A stretch of 64,000 nucleotides of DNA from Thauera sp. (GCA_034005275.1 JAVEVA010000004.1:25355-89354); one strand, 5' to 3'. Numbered from the stretch's first letter, positions 36,154 through 45,849 are shown. Numbers and translations are program-made. Notes: generated by a model not told the origin, from the letters alone.

Positions 36154-38328
36154 ATGCAGACCGCTGAACACAAGCATCCGTGGCGTTTTTTCCGTTCCGG
36201 CGGATTTGATCAGGTGCTCATCGAAAACGTCGATGACCTGCGTCATCTCGGCGAGCTCGATCAGAAGTTGTGGACGGTACTGGCCTGTCCGAGCGCCGGC
36301 CTCGAATTCGATGCCCGCACCCTGAGCCTGCTCGATCAGGACGGCGACGGTCATATCCGCGCGCCGGAAATCATCGCGGCCGCGCAATGGCTGTGCACGG
36401 TGCTGAAGACGCCGGAAGTACTGTTTCAAGAAGCCGACAGCCTGCCGCTGGCAGCAATCGACGAGACCCATGAGCAGGGCGCGAGCCTGCTGGCGACGGC
36501 GCACAAGGTGCTGGGCTATGTCGGCAAGGCGGGGGCGGAGCAGATCAGCATTGACGATTTCGCCGAACCGGGACTGCTGTTTGCGGCCGATCATCCCAAC
36601 GGAGATGGCGTGATTCCGGCAGTGCTGGCGCCGACGCCGGCACTGGCAGCGGCCATCGAACTGATCATCGAGCATGGCGGCGCTGCCGAAGATCGCAGCG
36701 GTGAAGCCGGGGTGGATGAAGAGCGGGTGCGCAGCTTCTTTGCGGCGGCAGGCGAAGTGCTCGCCTGGCACCAGCAGGCCGAAGCCGGGGCAGACAGCGT
36801 GCTGCTGCTTGGCGAAGGCACGACTGCGGCCGCCGCAGCGCTGGAGGTGGTGCGCGAGAAGGTCGATGATTTCTTCACCCGCTGCCGGCTTGCTGCCTAT
36901 GACGAACGTGCTGCCAGCCTGCTCAATCCGGCTGAAACCACCTATGCCGAGCTGGCATTGAAGCAGCTTGGCGCCGGCAATGAGGATGTCGCCGCGCTGC
37001 CGCTGGCGCAGATCGGCAGTGGGCATCAGCTGCCGCTGCGGCAAGGCCTCAACCCGGCCTGGCAGGGCGCAGTCGAAGCTTTGCGCGTCACGGTGGTCGA
37101 GCCGCTGCTCGGCAGTCGCGAAACCCTGTCGTGGGCCGAATGGCAGGATCTGCTCGGCCGCTTTGATGCTTATCGCGACTGGTTTGCCCTGCGTCCGGAG
37201 AGCACGGTGGCTGCGATCGACGCTGCCGACTTGCGGGCGCTGGTCGCCGCCGACACCGAAGCGGCCTTGCTGGAATTGATCGCCGCCGATCTGGGCGCGG
37301 AAACGGCTGCCGCCCAGGTCGATGCGCTTGAGCAGCTGGTGCGTTACAGCCGTCATTTTGTCACCTTGGTGCGCAACTTCGTCAGTCTGAGTGATTTCTA
37401 TCAGGGCAAGCAGAAAGCGATCTTCCAGGCTGGCACGCTGTACCTCGATCAGCGCAGCTGCGATTTGTGCTTGCGGGTGAGCAATGTTGACCGTCACCAG
37501 GCGATTGCGCCGCTGTCGGCAAGCTATCTGGTGTATTGCGAGTGTGTCCGTCATGACGAGGCGCCGATCCACATCGTCGCCGCCCTGACCGGCGGTAATG
37601 CGGACGAAATGCTGGTCGCCGGTCGCAATGGTGTGTTCTATGACCGTCAGGGGCGTGACTGGAGCGCGACCGTGACTCAGGTGGTGGAAGCGCCGATCAG
37701 CGTTGCGCAGGCGTTCTGGTCACCGTATCAGCGCATTGCACGCATGATCAGTGAACAGATCCAGAAGTTTGCTGCCGCGCGTGATGGCGCGGTGGCAAGT
37801 GGCGCGGAAGGGGCGATCAGCGGTGCAGCCGAGTCGCCGCCGGCGCCACCGTTCGACATCGCCAAGTTCGCCGGGATCTTTGCCGCCATCGGCCTCGCCC
37901 TCGGCGCGCTCGGCACGGCGCTGGCCGCAGTGGTGAGCGGTTTTCTGTCCTTGCCGCTGTGGCAGATGCCGCTGGTGGTGGCCGGCATCGTGTTGTTGAT
38001 TTCCGGGCCTTCAGTGCTGATGGCCTGGTTCAAGCTGCGTCAGCGTAACCTGGGACCGCTGCTGGACGCCAACGGCTGGGCGATCAATACCCGTGCGCGC
38101 ATCAACATCCCCTTTGGCGGCGCGCTGACCCAGGTTGCCAGCCTGCCGGCTGGCTCCCGCCATGCCAGTGTCGATCTGTTTGCCGAGCGCCGGACGCCGT
38201 GGAAACGCTGGGTATTCCTGCTGGCGCTGATCGTTGCGGCGGCGGTGGCGTGGCAGCAAGGTGCTTTCGAGCGCTTTCTGAACCCACCTGAAGTGACGGA
38301 GCCGGTTGCAGCGGAGTCGGCCGAGTAG
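36154..38328 (+). CDS. conserved-looking hypothetical membrane protein with an N-terminal canonical EF-hand loop
   Basis: 'DQDGDGHIRAPE' fits DxDxDGxIxxxE. A soluble region of about 560 aa is followed by hydrophobic segments ('FAGIFAAIGLALGALGTALAAVV', 'LVVAGIVLLISGPSVLMAWF', 'VFLLALIVAAAVAW'). It has good GC3 codon usage and an RBS (AGAGG). Confidence 0.6.
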   Translation: MQTAEHKHPWRFFRSGGFDQVLIENVDDLRHLGELDQKLWTVLACPSAGLEFDARTLSLLDQDGDGHIRAPEIIAAAQWLCTVLKTPEVLFQEADSLPLAAIDETHEQGASLLATAHKVLGYVGKAGAEQISIDDFAEPGLLFAADHPNGDGVIPAVLAPTPALAAAIELIIEHGGAAEDRSGEAGVDEERVRSFFAAAGEVLAWHQQAEAGADSVLLLGEGTTAAAAALEVVREKVDDFFTRCRLAAYDERAASLLNPAETTYAELALKQLGAGNEDVAALPLAQIGSGHQLPLRQGLNPAWQGAVEALRVTVVEPLLGSRETLSWAEWQDLLGRFDAYRDWFALRPESTVAAIDAADLRALVAADTEAALLELIAADLGAETAAAQVDALEQLVRYSRHFVTLVRNFVSLSDFYQGKQKAIFQAGTLYLDQRSCDLCLRVSNVDRHQAIAPLSASYLVYCECVRHDEAPIHIVAALTGGNADEMLVAGRNGVFYDRQGRDWSATVTQVVEAPISVAQAFWSPYQRIARMISEQIQKFAAARDGAVASGAEGAISGAAESPPAPPFDIAKFAGIFAAIGLALGALGTALAAVVSGFLSLPLWQMPLVVAGIVLLISGPSVLMAWFKLRQRNLGPLLDANGWAINTRARINIPFGGALTQVASLPAGSRHASVDLFAERRTPWKRWVFLLALIVAAAVAWQQGAFERFLNPPEVTEPVAAESAE

Positions 38329-38403
38329 GAGCGGCGCAAGCCGCGAACCGGAGAAGGTTCAGGCACGGATGCGTAGCCCGGATACGCTGACGCTCATCCG
38401 GAC

Positions 38404-38430
38404 GTAGGGGCGACCCTTGTGGTCGCCCTG
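38404..38430. repeat. solo family B REP half-unit (GTAGGGGCGACCCTTGTGGTCGCCC)
   Basis: Identical to the start of the third unit of the array at 9431. It sits between convergent genes and is preceded by 'ccggatgcgtagcccggatacgctgacgctcatccgg'. Confidence 0.75.
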
Positions 38431-38466
38431 GCAGCGTCACCCCGTCAGCCGGGAACCAGCGGGTAC

Positions 38467-39087
38467 TCAGGCGCGGGCGCGGAACAGCGGCAGGCGCCAG
38501 CCGAAGCGCATCGCCCCGAGGCGCATCAGCAAGGTGGTGCTGCCTCCCGCAGCGGCAGCCCAGGCCGGACTGAGGTCGAGCGCGCTCAGACCGAGCAGAA
38601 CGAGGGCGCCGCACCAGGAGGCGGTGGCGTAAAGCTCGCCGCTGAACACCAGCGGTACTTCGTTGCACAGCACGTCGCGGACGATGCCGCCACAGACGCC
38701 GGTGATCACGCCCATCAGGCTGGCGACCAGCCAGGGGGCGTCGAGCGCGAGCGCGGCCTGGGTGCCGAACACGGTGAACAGGGCGAGGCCGATCGCGTCA
38801 GGGACGAGGAAAAGGCGCGCCGGCAGGCGGACATGGCGCACGAGGGCAAAAGTGAGCAGTCCGGCAATGATGGCGGCGATCAGATAGGTCTGGTCGGCGA
38901 TCCAGAACACGGTGCGATCCAGCAGCACGTCACGCAGGCTGCCGCCGCCGAGTGAGGCGGCGAGAGCCACCACCACCATGCCGAACAGGTCGAACGGCTT
39001 GCGTCCGGCATCCAGCACCGCTGCTGCTGCCTGGGCGGCAACGCCGCCGATGCCGATCACGTAAAGAATGGTTTCAATATTTTCCAT
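38467..39087 (-). CDS. UPF0126/YadS (TRIC-like) membrane protein
   Basis: Duplicated glycine motifs 'LGGGSLRDVLL' and 'VCGGIVRDVL'. Confidence 0.85.
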   Translation of the reverse strand: MENIETILYVIGIGGVAAQAAAAVLDAGRKPFDLFGMVVVALAASLGGGSLRDVLLDRTVFWIADQTYLIAAIIAGLLTFALVRHVRLPARLFLVPDAIGLALFTVFGTQAALALDAPWLVASLMGVITGVCGGIVRDVLCNEVPLVFSGELYATASWCGALVLLGLSALDLSPAWAAAAGGSTTLLMRLGAMRFGWRLPLFRARA

Positions 39088-39170
39088 CGCCGAAGAATAG
39101 CACTCCTCAGCCGGGCCAGATCAGGCCGGATGAATCCCGGCGACGGTCAATTTCGCTATCATTCCCGCCC

Positions 39171-40061
39171 ATGTCTTCCTTGCTGCAGGTTTTGCTGAGT
39201 GGTGCGGCCACGGGCTGTGTGTACGGCCTGGTGGCGCTGTCTTTCGTGCTCATTTTCAAGGCGACTTCGGTGCTCAGCTTCATGCAGGGAGAGTTGCTGA
39301 TGGCCGGCGCCTTTGCTGCGCTGGCTGCTCATCAGGGGCTCGGCCTGCCCTTGCTGCCGGCGGTGTTGCTGGCGGTACTGGCAATGGCTGGTTTTGCCAT
39401 GCTTGGCGAGCGTCTGTTCCTGCGTCGTCTTGTCGCCCAGCCGGCCTTGCTCGCGGTGCTGCTCACCTTCGGGCTGGGGATGATGTTGCGTGGTTTGGTG
39501 GCTTCCTGGCCGGGTGCGGCCCAGCAGGTCTATCGCCTGCCTTTTGGCGGGGAGCAGTTGCGGATTGGCGAGGTGCTGCTGCCGACCGCACAGCTGTGGG
39601 TGATTGCCGCAGCCCTGCTGCTGGCATTGCTGCTGGCCGCCTTTTTCCGCTACACCCGGCTCGGACTGGCATTGCGTGCCTGTGCGGAGAACCCCGAGCT
39701 GGCAACATTGATGGGCGTGCGGGTGAGCACCATGCAGGCGCTTGCCTGGGGACTGGGCGGTGGCCTGGCAGCGCTCGCCGGGGTGCTGCTGGCGCCGCTG
39801 AGTTTCGTGCATCTCAACATGGGCGACATCGCTTTCAAGGCTTTTCCGGCGGCGGTGCTGGGCGGGATGTCCAGCCTCGGCGGGGCGCTGCTCGGCGGGC
39901 TGGCGCTCGGCCTGATCGAGGCGCTGGCAGGACTGTGGCTGCCGGAAGGTTTCAAGGATGCGCTGCCTTATCTGCTGTTGCTGTTCGCCCTGCTGCTCTT
40001 TCCGCGGGGACTGGGGCAGTGGCGCCTGGCCGGGGCAGGACCATCGCGGGGCGGCCAATGA
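39171..40061 (+). CDS. branched-chain amino acid ABC transporter permease (LivH-like)
   Basis: 'LLSGAATGCVYGLVALSFVLIFKATSVLSFMQGELLM'. I chose the ATG at 39171; the track's upstream extension is Arg/Pro-rich noise. Confidence 0.88.
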   Translation: MSSLLQVLLSGAATGCVYGLVALSFVLIFKATSVLSFMQGELLMAGAFAALAAHQGLGLPLLPAVLLAVLAMAGFAMLGERLFLRRLVAQPALLAVLLTFGLGMMLRGLVASWPGAAQQVYRLPFGGEQLRIGEVLLPTAQLWVIAAALLLALLLAAFFRYTRLGLALRACAENPELATLMGVRVSTMQALAWGLGGGLAALAGVLLAPLSFVHLNMGDIAFKAFPAAVLGGMSSLGGALLGGLALGLIEALAGLWLPEGFKDALPYLLLLFALLLFPRGLGQWRLAGAGPSRGGQ

Positions 40062-40981
40062 AGGTGCGTGCTGTGGAAATCGGGGCAGGACTGGTGCTGC
40101 TGGTGCTGCTGCTGTTCTGGTTCGGGCGCGCTTACGGTCTTGCCCAGCTCAACCTGCTGTTTACGTATGCACTTGCCGGTCTCGGGGTGGTGATCATTCT
40201 TGGCCATGCCGGTCAGACGGTGCTCGGCCAGGGGGCGTTTGTCGCCCTGGGTGCCTATGCCCAGGCTTTGCTGGTGGCGACCGGCCTGACGCCCTTGCTG
40301 GCGCTGCCGCTGGCGGCAGGTGCGGGGGCGCTGGGCGGGGTGCTTGCCAGTCTGCCGGCGGCGCGCCTCGGCGGGCTGTATTTCGGCATGAGCACCTTTG
40401 CTTTCGCGCTGTTGGTCGAGGAGTTGCTGCGGCGCTGGGAAAGTCTCACTGGTGGTGCCGCCGGCCTGATGGTGAAGGGCTTCAGCATTGCCGGCTGGCG
40501 GCTGGAGCAGGCGGGGGAGCAGGCGGCTTTCAGTTTGTTGCTGTTGTTGGGCGCCATTGCGCTCTGTCGGCGGATGCTCGCTTCCGCGCTGGGGCGCAGC
40601 TGGCAGGCGGTGCGTGAGGATGAGGCTGCAGCGGCGGCCTGCGGCGTTGATGCGGTGCGGGCGAAGATTGGTGCCTTTGCCCTTGGTGGCGGAGTTTCCG
40701 GGCTGGCAGGAGGACTCTATGCGCACTGGATTGCCTATTTGAGTCCGGAGCAGTTCGGCCTGCGACTGTCCTTCGAGCTGCTGATTCTCGCTTTTCTGGG
40801 TGGGGTGCGACGGCTGGGCGGCGTATTATGGGGCGCTGCACTGGTGGTGGCCTTGCCGCAGGCGATTGCCCTGCTGCGTGATCAGCTGCCTGGCGAATGG
40901 ACGCGTGCTGCGGGTTTCGAGCTGTTCGTGTTTGGGGCAGCGGTGGTTGCGGTGGTGCTCTTGCGCCGGCCGCCGGCTTGA
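40058..40981 (+). CDS. branched-chain amino acid ABC transporter permease (LivM-like)
   Basis: 'LNLLFTYALAGLGVVIILGHAGQTVLGQGAFVALGAY', 'REDEAAAAACGVD'. The ATG overlaps the livH-like stop (ATGA). Confidence 0.88.
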   Translation: MKVRAVEIGAGLVLLVLLLFWFGRAYGLAQLNLLFTYALAGLGVVIILGHAGQTVLGQGAFVALGAYAQALLVATGLTPLLALPLAAGAGALGGVLASLPAARLGGLYFGMSTFAFALLVEELLRRWESLTGGAAGLMVKGFSIAGWRLEQAGEQAAFSLLLLLGAIALCRRMLASALGRSWQAVREDEAAAAACGVDAVRAKIGAFALGGGVSGLAGGLYAHWIAYLSPEQFGLRLSFELLILAFLGGVRRLGGVLWGAALVVALPQAIALLRDQLPGEWTRAAGFELFVFGAAVVAVVLLRRPPA

Positions 40982-42186
40982 TGTCGATGGAGAAATCAAT
41001 GAATTGCAAAATGATGCGCAAGTTGCTGACGGTGTGCGCGATGTTTGCCGCGCTGCCGCTGACTGCAGTGACGACGCCGGCGGTGGCGGCTGCCCCGGGA
41101 GTGAGTGCGGACGAAATCGTCATCGGCCATGTCTCGGACCTGTCGGGGCCGATTGCCCTGCTTGGTACCCCTTTGCGTGACGGGCTGTTGATGCGCTTTG
41201 ATGAAGCGAATGCCAATGGGGGGGTGTATGGCCGCAAGTTGCGGCTGGTGGTCGAGGATGCGGCTTATGACCCACGCCGGGGCGTGCTGGCGACCCGCAA
41301 GCTGATCGAGCGCGATCGGGCTTTTGCCTTCATTGCCACGACAGGCACGCCGGTGGTGATGGCCACCATGCCGTTGGTGCTGGAAGCCGGTCGCTTGCAC
41401 CTGTTCCCCTTCTCGCCGCATGAAGCGACCTACACGCCGCTGCATCCGCTCAAGTTCCAGAATTTTGCCCCTTATCAGGATTACATGGCGGCGGCGGCCC
41501 GCCACATGATCAGCCGGGGTAATTACCAGCGCAGCTGCTTGCTGTATCAGGATGACGAGTATGGTCAGGAGGTGATGCGCGGTGTCGAGCAGGGGCTGGA
41601 GACCGTCGGTCGTGAACTGGTGGCGCGCACCAGTTACAAGCGCGGCGCGCTCGATTTGTCGAGTCAGGTTGCCCGTTTGCGGGCGGCGGATTGTGATCTG
41701 GTGGTGCTCGCCACCGTGGTACGGGAGACGGTGGCGGCAGTCACCGAGGCGCGGCGTCAGGGCTGGCAGGTGGACATGCTGGTGACTGCTTCCGGTTATT
41801 CGGCGCAGACCCATGAGCTGGGCGGTGAGGCGCTGGAAGGCTTGTATGGCGTCAGCGTCCTGCCTCATCCCTATCGGGAAGGAGCCAGCCTGGCACTCGC
41901 TGAATGGATTGCAGCTTATCAGGCCCGCTACAAGGCCGCGCCCAATGTGTGGAGTGTGATGGGCTATACCCTGGCCGATCTTTTTGTCCGTGCAGCGATG
42001 GCAGCCGGTCCCGAGCCGGATGCCGAAAGTTTTGCACGGGCGCTGGAAAACCTTTCACCTCAGTCGGATATTTTTGGCAGTCCGCCTTACCGTTTCAGCG
42101 CGGAAGATCATCTCGGCAATCGTCGTGGCCGGCTGGCGCAGATCCGCGACGGACGCTGGCAGCTGCTGAGCGATTACCTTGACTGA
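40981..42186 (+). CDS. ABC transporter periplasmic substrate-binding protein (LivK/amide-type cluster)
   Basis: Signal peptide 'MMRKLLTVCAMFAALPLTAVTTPAVAAAP', then 'IVIGHVSDLSGPIALLG'. Several in-frame ATGs (40981, 40987, 40999, 41011) are possible starts. Confidence 0.82.
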   Translation: MSMEKSMNCKMMRKLLTVCAMFAALPLTAVTTPAVAAAPGVSADEIVIGHVSDLSGPIALLGTPLRDGLLMRFDEANANGGVYGRKLRLVVEDAAYDPRRGVLATRKLIERDRAFAFIATTGTPVVMATMPLVLEAGRLHLFPFSPHEATYTPLHPLKFQNFAPYQDYMAAAARHMISRGNYQRSCLLYQDDEYGQEVMRGVEQGLETVGRELVARTSYKRGALDLSSQVARLRAADCDLVVLATVVRETVAAVTEARRQGWQVDMLVTASGYSAQTHELGGEALEGLYGVSVLPHPYREGASLALAEWIAAYQARYKAAPNVWSVMGYTLADLFVRAAMAAGPEPDAESFARALENLSPQSDIFGSPPYRFSAEDHLGNRRGRLAQIRDGRWQLLSDYLD

Positions 42187-42202
42187 GGCGGGAGCGCGGG
42201 CG

Positions 42203-42823
42203 ATGAAACAGGTCGGGCCGACGATTGCGGTGGCATTTACCGGAGCCTCCGGGATGCCTTATGGGTTGCGTCTGGTCGAATGTCTGCTGCAGGCCGGGGC
42301 GAAAGTCTGGTTGCTGTATTCGCAGGCGGCGCAGATTGTCGCCCGGCAGGAGCTGGACTGGGCGCTTGCTGCCCAGCCGGCAGCGGTCGAAGCGGAGCTG
42401 GGTGCGCGTTTTGCTGCGGCGCCTGGCCAGCTGCGTGTCTTTGGTCGCGAAGAATGGTTTGCACCGCCGGCTTCCGGCTCCAATCCGCCACAGGCGATGG
42501 TGGTCTGTCCGTGCACCATGGGGACGCTGGCGGCGATTGCGGCCGGCATGAGCCAGAGTCTGATCGAGCGTGCGGCCGATGTAGTGATCAAGGAAGGGCG
42601 CAAGCTGATTCTGGTGCCACGCGAGACACCGTTTTCAGTACTCCATCTGGAGAACATGCTCAGGCTGGCACGCATGGGCGTGTGCATCCTGCCGCCCAAT
42701 CCGGGTTTCTATCACCACCCGCAAACCATCGACGATCTGGTCGATTTCGTGGTCGCGCGCATTCTTGACCAGCTCGGCATCGAGCATCAGCTGATGCGCC
42801 CGTGGGGCGAAGAGCGCGGCTAA
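42203..42823 (+). CDS. ubiX: flavin prenyltransferase UbiX
   Basis: 'IAVAFTGASGMPYGLRL', 'MVVCPCTMGTLAAIAAGMSQSLIERAADV', 'KLILVPRETPFS', 'PPNPGFYHHPQTIDDLVDFVVARILD'. Confidence 0.92.
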   Translation: MKQVGPTIAVAFTGASGMPYGLRLVECLLQAGAKVWLLYSQAAQIVARQELDWALAAQPAAVEAELGARFAAAPGQLRVFGREEWFAPPASGSNPPQAMVVCPCTMGTLAAIAAGMSQSLIERAADVVIKEGRKLILVPRETPFSVLHLENMLRLARMGVCILPPNPGFYHHPQTIDDLVDFVVARILDQLGIEHQLMRPWGEERG

Positions 42824-43902
42824 GGCTGAACAGTAGCGGTGCCAGCCGGCAGCGCGGCGAGAATGTGGCGGATCGGCGTTGGCAGCGCGGCTTCTGCCAG
42901 CTGGTCGAGTGCCAGCCAGCGCCAGCTCGCCTCGTCGCAGCGGGATAGCGCAGCGTCCGGGCCGATGTCGAACAGCAGCGGTTCGAGTTCGAGACTGAAG
43001 TGGGTGAACAGATGCCGGAGACCGGGGAGCGGAACCGCTGTGGGGCAGTGCAGGCCGAAATGCTGTTCCAGCCATTGGGCTGGCGTGATAAGTGGGCTGG
43101 CCGTGGCCGGCAACTCGGGCAGGCTCAGCAGTCCGCCCCAGATGCCGCTCGGCGGGCGCGCTTCGACCACTACCTGCCCGCCCTGGCGGATGACTGCGTA
43201 ACGTGCATGCCGGTTTGGCAAGGCCTTGCGTGGTCTGGGGGTGGGCAGTTCGCCAGTGCGGCCCTGGGCGAGTGCACGGCAATCGTGCTGGAAGGGGCAG
43301 CGTCCGCAGGCCGGGCGCGCGCGGGTGCAGACCAGCGCCCCCAGATCCATCTGCGCCTGGGTGTAGCGGCCGAGCTCGGTTGCGGGAAGCAGGGATTCGG
43401 CCAGCGTCCATAGTTGCTGCTCGACCGCACGCTGGCCGGGATGGCCGTCGATGGCAAACAGCCGGCAGAGCACGCGCTTGACGTTGCCGTCGAGAATCGC
43501 GGCACGCTCGCCAAAGGCGAAGGCGGCGATCGCGGCGGCGGTGGAGCGGCCGATGCCGGGCAAGGTGGCGAGAGTGGCGGCGCTGCGCGGGAATTCACCG
43601 CCATGGCTGCTGACGATGAGCTGGGCACAGCGGTGCAGGTTGCGTGCGCGGGCGTAGTAGCCCAGTCCGCTCCACAAGGCCATCACTTCTTCCTGGTGGG
43701 CGCTGGCCAGACGGCGCACATCGGGAAAACGCTCGATGAAGCGTTCGAAGTAGGGAATGACGCTGTCAACCCGGGTTTGCTGCAGCATGATTTCCGACAG
43801 CCATACCGGATAGGGGTCCTTGCTGCCTTGCCAGGGGAGCTGGTGGCGGCCATGGACCTGCTGCCAGGCGAGCAGGCGAGAGGCAAAATCGGTGATAATC
43901 AT
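42820..43902 (-). CDS. mutY: A/G-specific adenine DNA glycosylase MutY
   Basis: 'YPVWLSEIMLQQTRV', 'GLGYYARARNLH', 'LPGIGRSTAAAI', and an Fe-S Cys cluster 'CTRARPACGRCPFQHDC'. I chose the ATG at 43902; the track ORF over-extends by 162 codons. Confidence 0.92.
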   Translation of the reverse strand: MIITDFASRLLAWQQVHGRHQLPWQGSKDPYPVWLSEIMLQQTRVDSVIPYFERFIERFPDVRRLASAHQEEVMALWSGLGYYARARNLHRCAQLIVSSHGGEFPRSAATLATLPGIGRSTAAAIAAFAFGERAAILDGNVKRVLCRLFAIDGHPGQRAVEQQLWTLAESLLPATELGRYTQAQMDLGALVCTRARPACGRCPFQHDCRALAQGRTGELPTPRPRKALPNRHARYAVIRQGGQVVVEARPPSGIWGGLLSLPELPATASPLITPAQWLEQHFGLHCPTAVPLPGLRHLFTHFSLELEPLLFDIGPDAALSRCDEASWRWLALDQLAEAALPTPIRHILAALPAGTATVQP

Positions 43903-43971
43903 CGGTTTTCCCGGCCGTTGCCGCCGGTTTGTCCTGATTTTTTGCCCCACGGCGCAAAGGCCCTGCTGTCC

Positions 43972-44484
43972 ATGACGACGTATTCCACTGCCACGACTTC
44001 TCCCGAATTGTTTACCCGCCAGCTGCGCAACAGCTTCGGCATGTTTGCCACCGGCATCACGGTGGTCACCACCCGCACGCCGGCTGGCGAGCCGATCGGC
44101 ATCACGGTGAATTCCTTCAATTCCGTGTCGCTGCAGCCGCCGCTGATTGTCTGGAGCCTGAGCCTCGATCTGCCCAGCCGTGCCCTGTTTGAAAATTGCG
44201 AATACTACGCCATCAATGTGCTGGCTGAAGATCAGCAGGCGCTTTCCGAGCGTTTTGGCGGGCGCGGGGAAGGCGACCGGTTTGCCGGTCTCGAGCTCGA
44301 GACCGGTGAAGGTGATGTGCCGCTGCTGAGCGGCTGCTGTGCCCGTTTTGTCTGCCGGAACACCGTGCGTCACCAGGGCGGTGACCATCTGGTGTTCATC
44401 AGCGACGTGCTCAGTTTCGAGCGCAATGAAGCGCGCGAGCCGCTGCTCTATTTCGGCGGTCGCTATCGCCGTCTGGTGCCCTGA
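43972..44484 (+). CDS. flavin reductase family protein (RutF/HpaC-like)
   Basis: 'FRQLRNSFGMFATGITVVTT', 'GITVNSFNSVSLQPPLIVWSL', 'GGDHLVFISDV'. I chose the ATG at 43972. Confidence 0.85.
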   Translation: MTTYSTATTSPELFTRQLRNSFGMFATGITVVTTRTPAGEPIGITVNSFNSVSLQPPLIVWSLSLDLPSRALFENCEYYAINVLAEDQQALSERFGGRGEGDRFAGLELETGEGDVPLLSGCCARFVCRNTVRHQGGDHLVFISDVLSFERNEAREPLLYFGGRYRRLVP

Positions 44485-45689
44485 TCACGACTGCGCTTCG
44501 CCCTGGGTCTGGCAACCGCTTCCGGCTTGGCCGCAGTGTCCGGTTTGTCCGGCTCAATGAAGCGGATCTCGCCGAGCAGGGCCGGTTCGAGCGCCAGCGC
44601 AAGCAGGCTCAGGCGCAGGCTGGCGGCAGCGGGCGTTTCAACGGTGTCGGCACAGGCTTCGTTGTTGAATACGCCCTGAGGGTGGAAATTCCAGGCGGCA
44701 GGCGGGATGAAGGCGCAGTCGGCAATCCTGTCTTCCGCCAGCCGCAGCCAGCACAGCAGCACGCCGGAAGCGGTGTTGACGCGGGCGATGCCGACCCCGG
44801 GACCGGCAGGTGCGGCGTCGAGCAGAGGAGCGACTTCATCGCTGAGCGGGTCGCGCAGCCGGCTGGCACAGTCGGCCAGTTCGCTGACTTTGGCAAACAG
44901 CCGCGCCGACAGACGGTGGCCGCGCTTGAGCAGCATATGCACCAGCGGCGAAGCGGCGTGACGGGCAAGCGGCCCGGTTTCTGCCGGTTCGCCGAAAAAC
45001 AATGGCGCGCGCAGCGCTTCGGCTGAAGGCCAGCTGCCGAGTGCGCTGAGCCAGGCGGCGGCGCTCAGCTCGCCGAGGATGGGGGTCGGTTTGTCTTGCT
45101 GGGGCTGGGATGGGCCAAGATCGAGCAATTTGCGCAATACTTCTCCGAGTACCGAACCGCGATCGGCACGATCGATGAATTCACTGAGGCTGCGCGGGTA
45201 GCGGATGTTGTTGTAGAAGCCGCCCAGCATCTCGCGGGCCAGCAGATCGAGCAGTTCGCCCCCCAGCTCGAAGCTTTCTTCGGGGCTGTTGTCGCTGCGC
45301 AGGCGGCGATGATGTTCGGTGTATTGGGTGCGGTGGGTGTCGACGCCCAGTGCGCGTGGCCACAGCAGCATCAGCTGGTAAAGGTGGATGTCGGCCGCTT
45401 CGGCCGCGAGCTGACGTTCGATGCTTGCCCGCTCCTGTTCGTCGAGGGTCACCGGATTGCCGCCGGCCGCCCGACCGGCGGCAAGCAGCAGCTGGCTGTA
45501 GGCCTGACGTGGATAGGGGCCACTGCTGTGCAGATAGTCGGCGGCGGCGGCCAGCTCAAGGCCGATGAGCCGGGCGTGATGGGGCTGATGGTCGGGGAGG
45601 CGGCTGCGGGTCGAAACCACGCGTCCGTCGCGTTGTTCGATGTCGAGTTCGATGATCAGCTCTGCCCCGGTGGCAGCGGTAGTCTGCAT
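44463..45689 (-). CDS. hypothetical protein resembling a [NiFe]-hydrogenase large subunit / HupK-type scaffold but lacking the metal-ligand cysteine motifs
   Basis: C-terminal 'ASGVLLCWLRLAEDRIADCAFIPPAAWNFHPQGVF ... LALEPALLGEIRF' parallels the recalled 'APRGALGHW..I.DGKI....VVPTTWN.SP.D ... SFDPCLACSTH'. The N-terminal 'LHSSGPYPRQAYSQ' sits where RxCGxC would be. Confidence 0.45.
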   Translation of the reverse strand: MQTTAATGAELIIELDIEQRDGRVVSTRSRLPDHQPHHARLIGLELAAAADYLHSSGPYPRQAYSQLLLAAGRAAGGNPVTLDEQERASIERQLAAEAADIHLYQLMLLWPRALGVDTHRTQYTEHHRRLRSDNSPEESFELGGELLDLLAREMLGGFYNNIRYPRSLSEFIDRADRGSVLGEVLRKLLDLGPSQPQQDKPTPILGELSAAAWLSALGSWPSAEALRAPLFFGEPAETGPLARHAASPLVHMLLKRGHRLSARLFAKVSELADCASRLRDPLSDEVAPLLDAAPAGPGVGIARVNTASGVLLCWLRLAEDRIADCAFIPPAAWNFHPQGVFNNEACADTVETPAAASLRLSLLALALEPALLGEIRFIEPDKPDTAAKPEAVARPRAKRSRDQGTRRR

Positions 45690-45840
45690 GATGAAAATCC
45701 GGCCGGATGCAAGGGAAAGACGGTTGAGCGCAAGGATAACGCGGAAGTGCCCCGGAAACCCAATGTCTGCGTGACATTGGCGCCAAATTGGTGCACGATG
45801 GCGAGGCTCTGCGAGGACTTTACGCGTCAGGCGATGACGG

Positions 45841-45849
45841 TGCTAGAAT
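45841..45849 (+). promoter_or_regulatory. extended -10 element TGcTAGAAT upstream of hupB
   Basis: Read directly, 47 nt before the hupB ATG. The -35 (TTACGC, 18-nt spacer) is weak. Confidence 0.3.
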
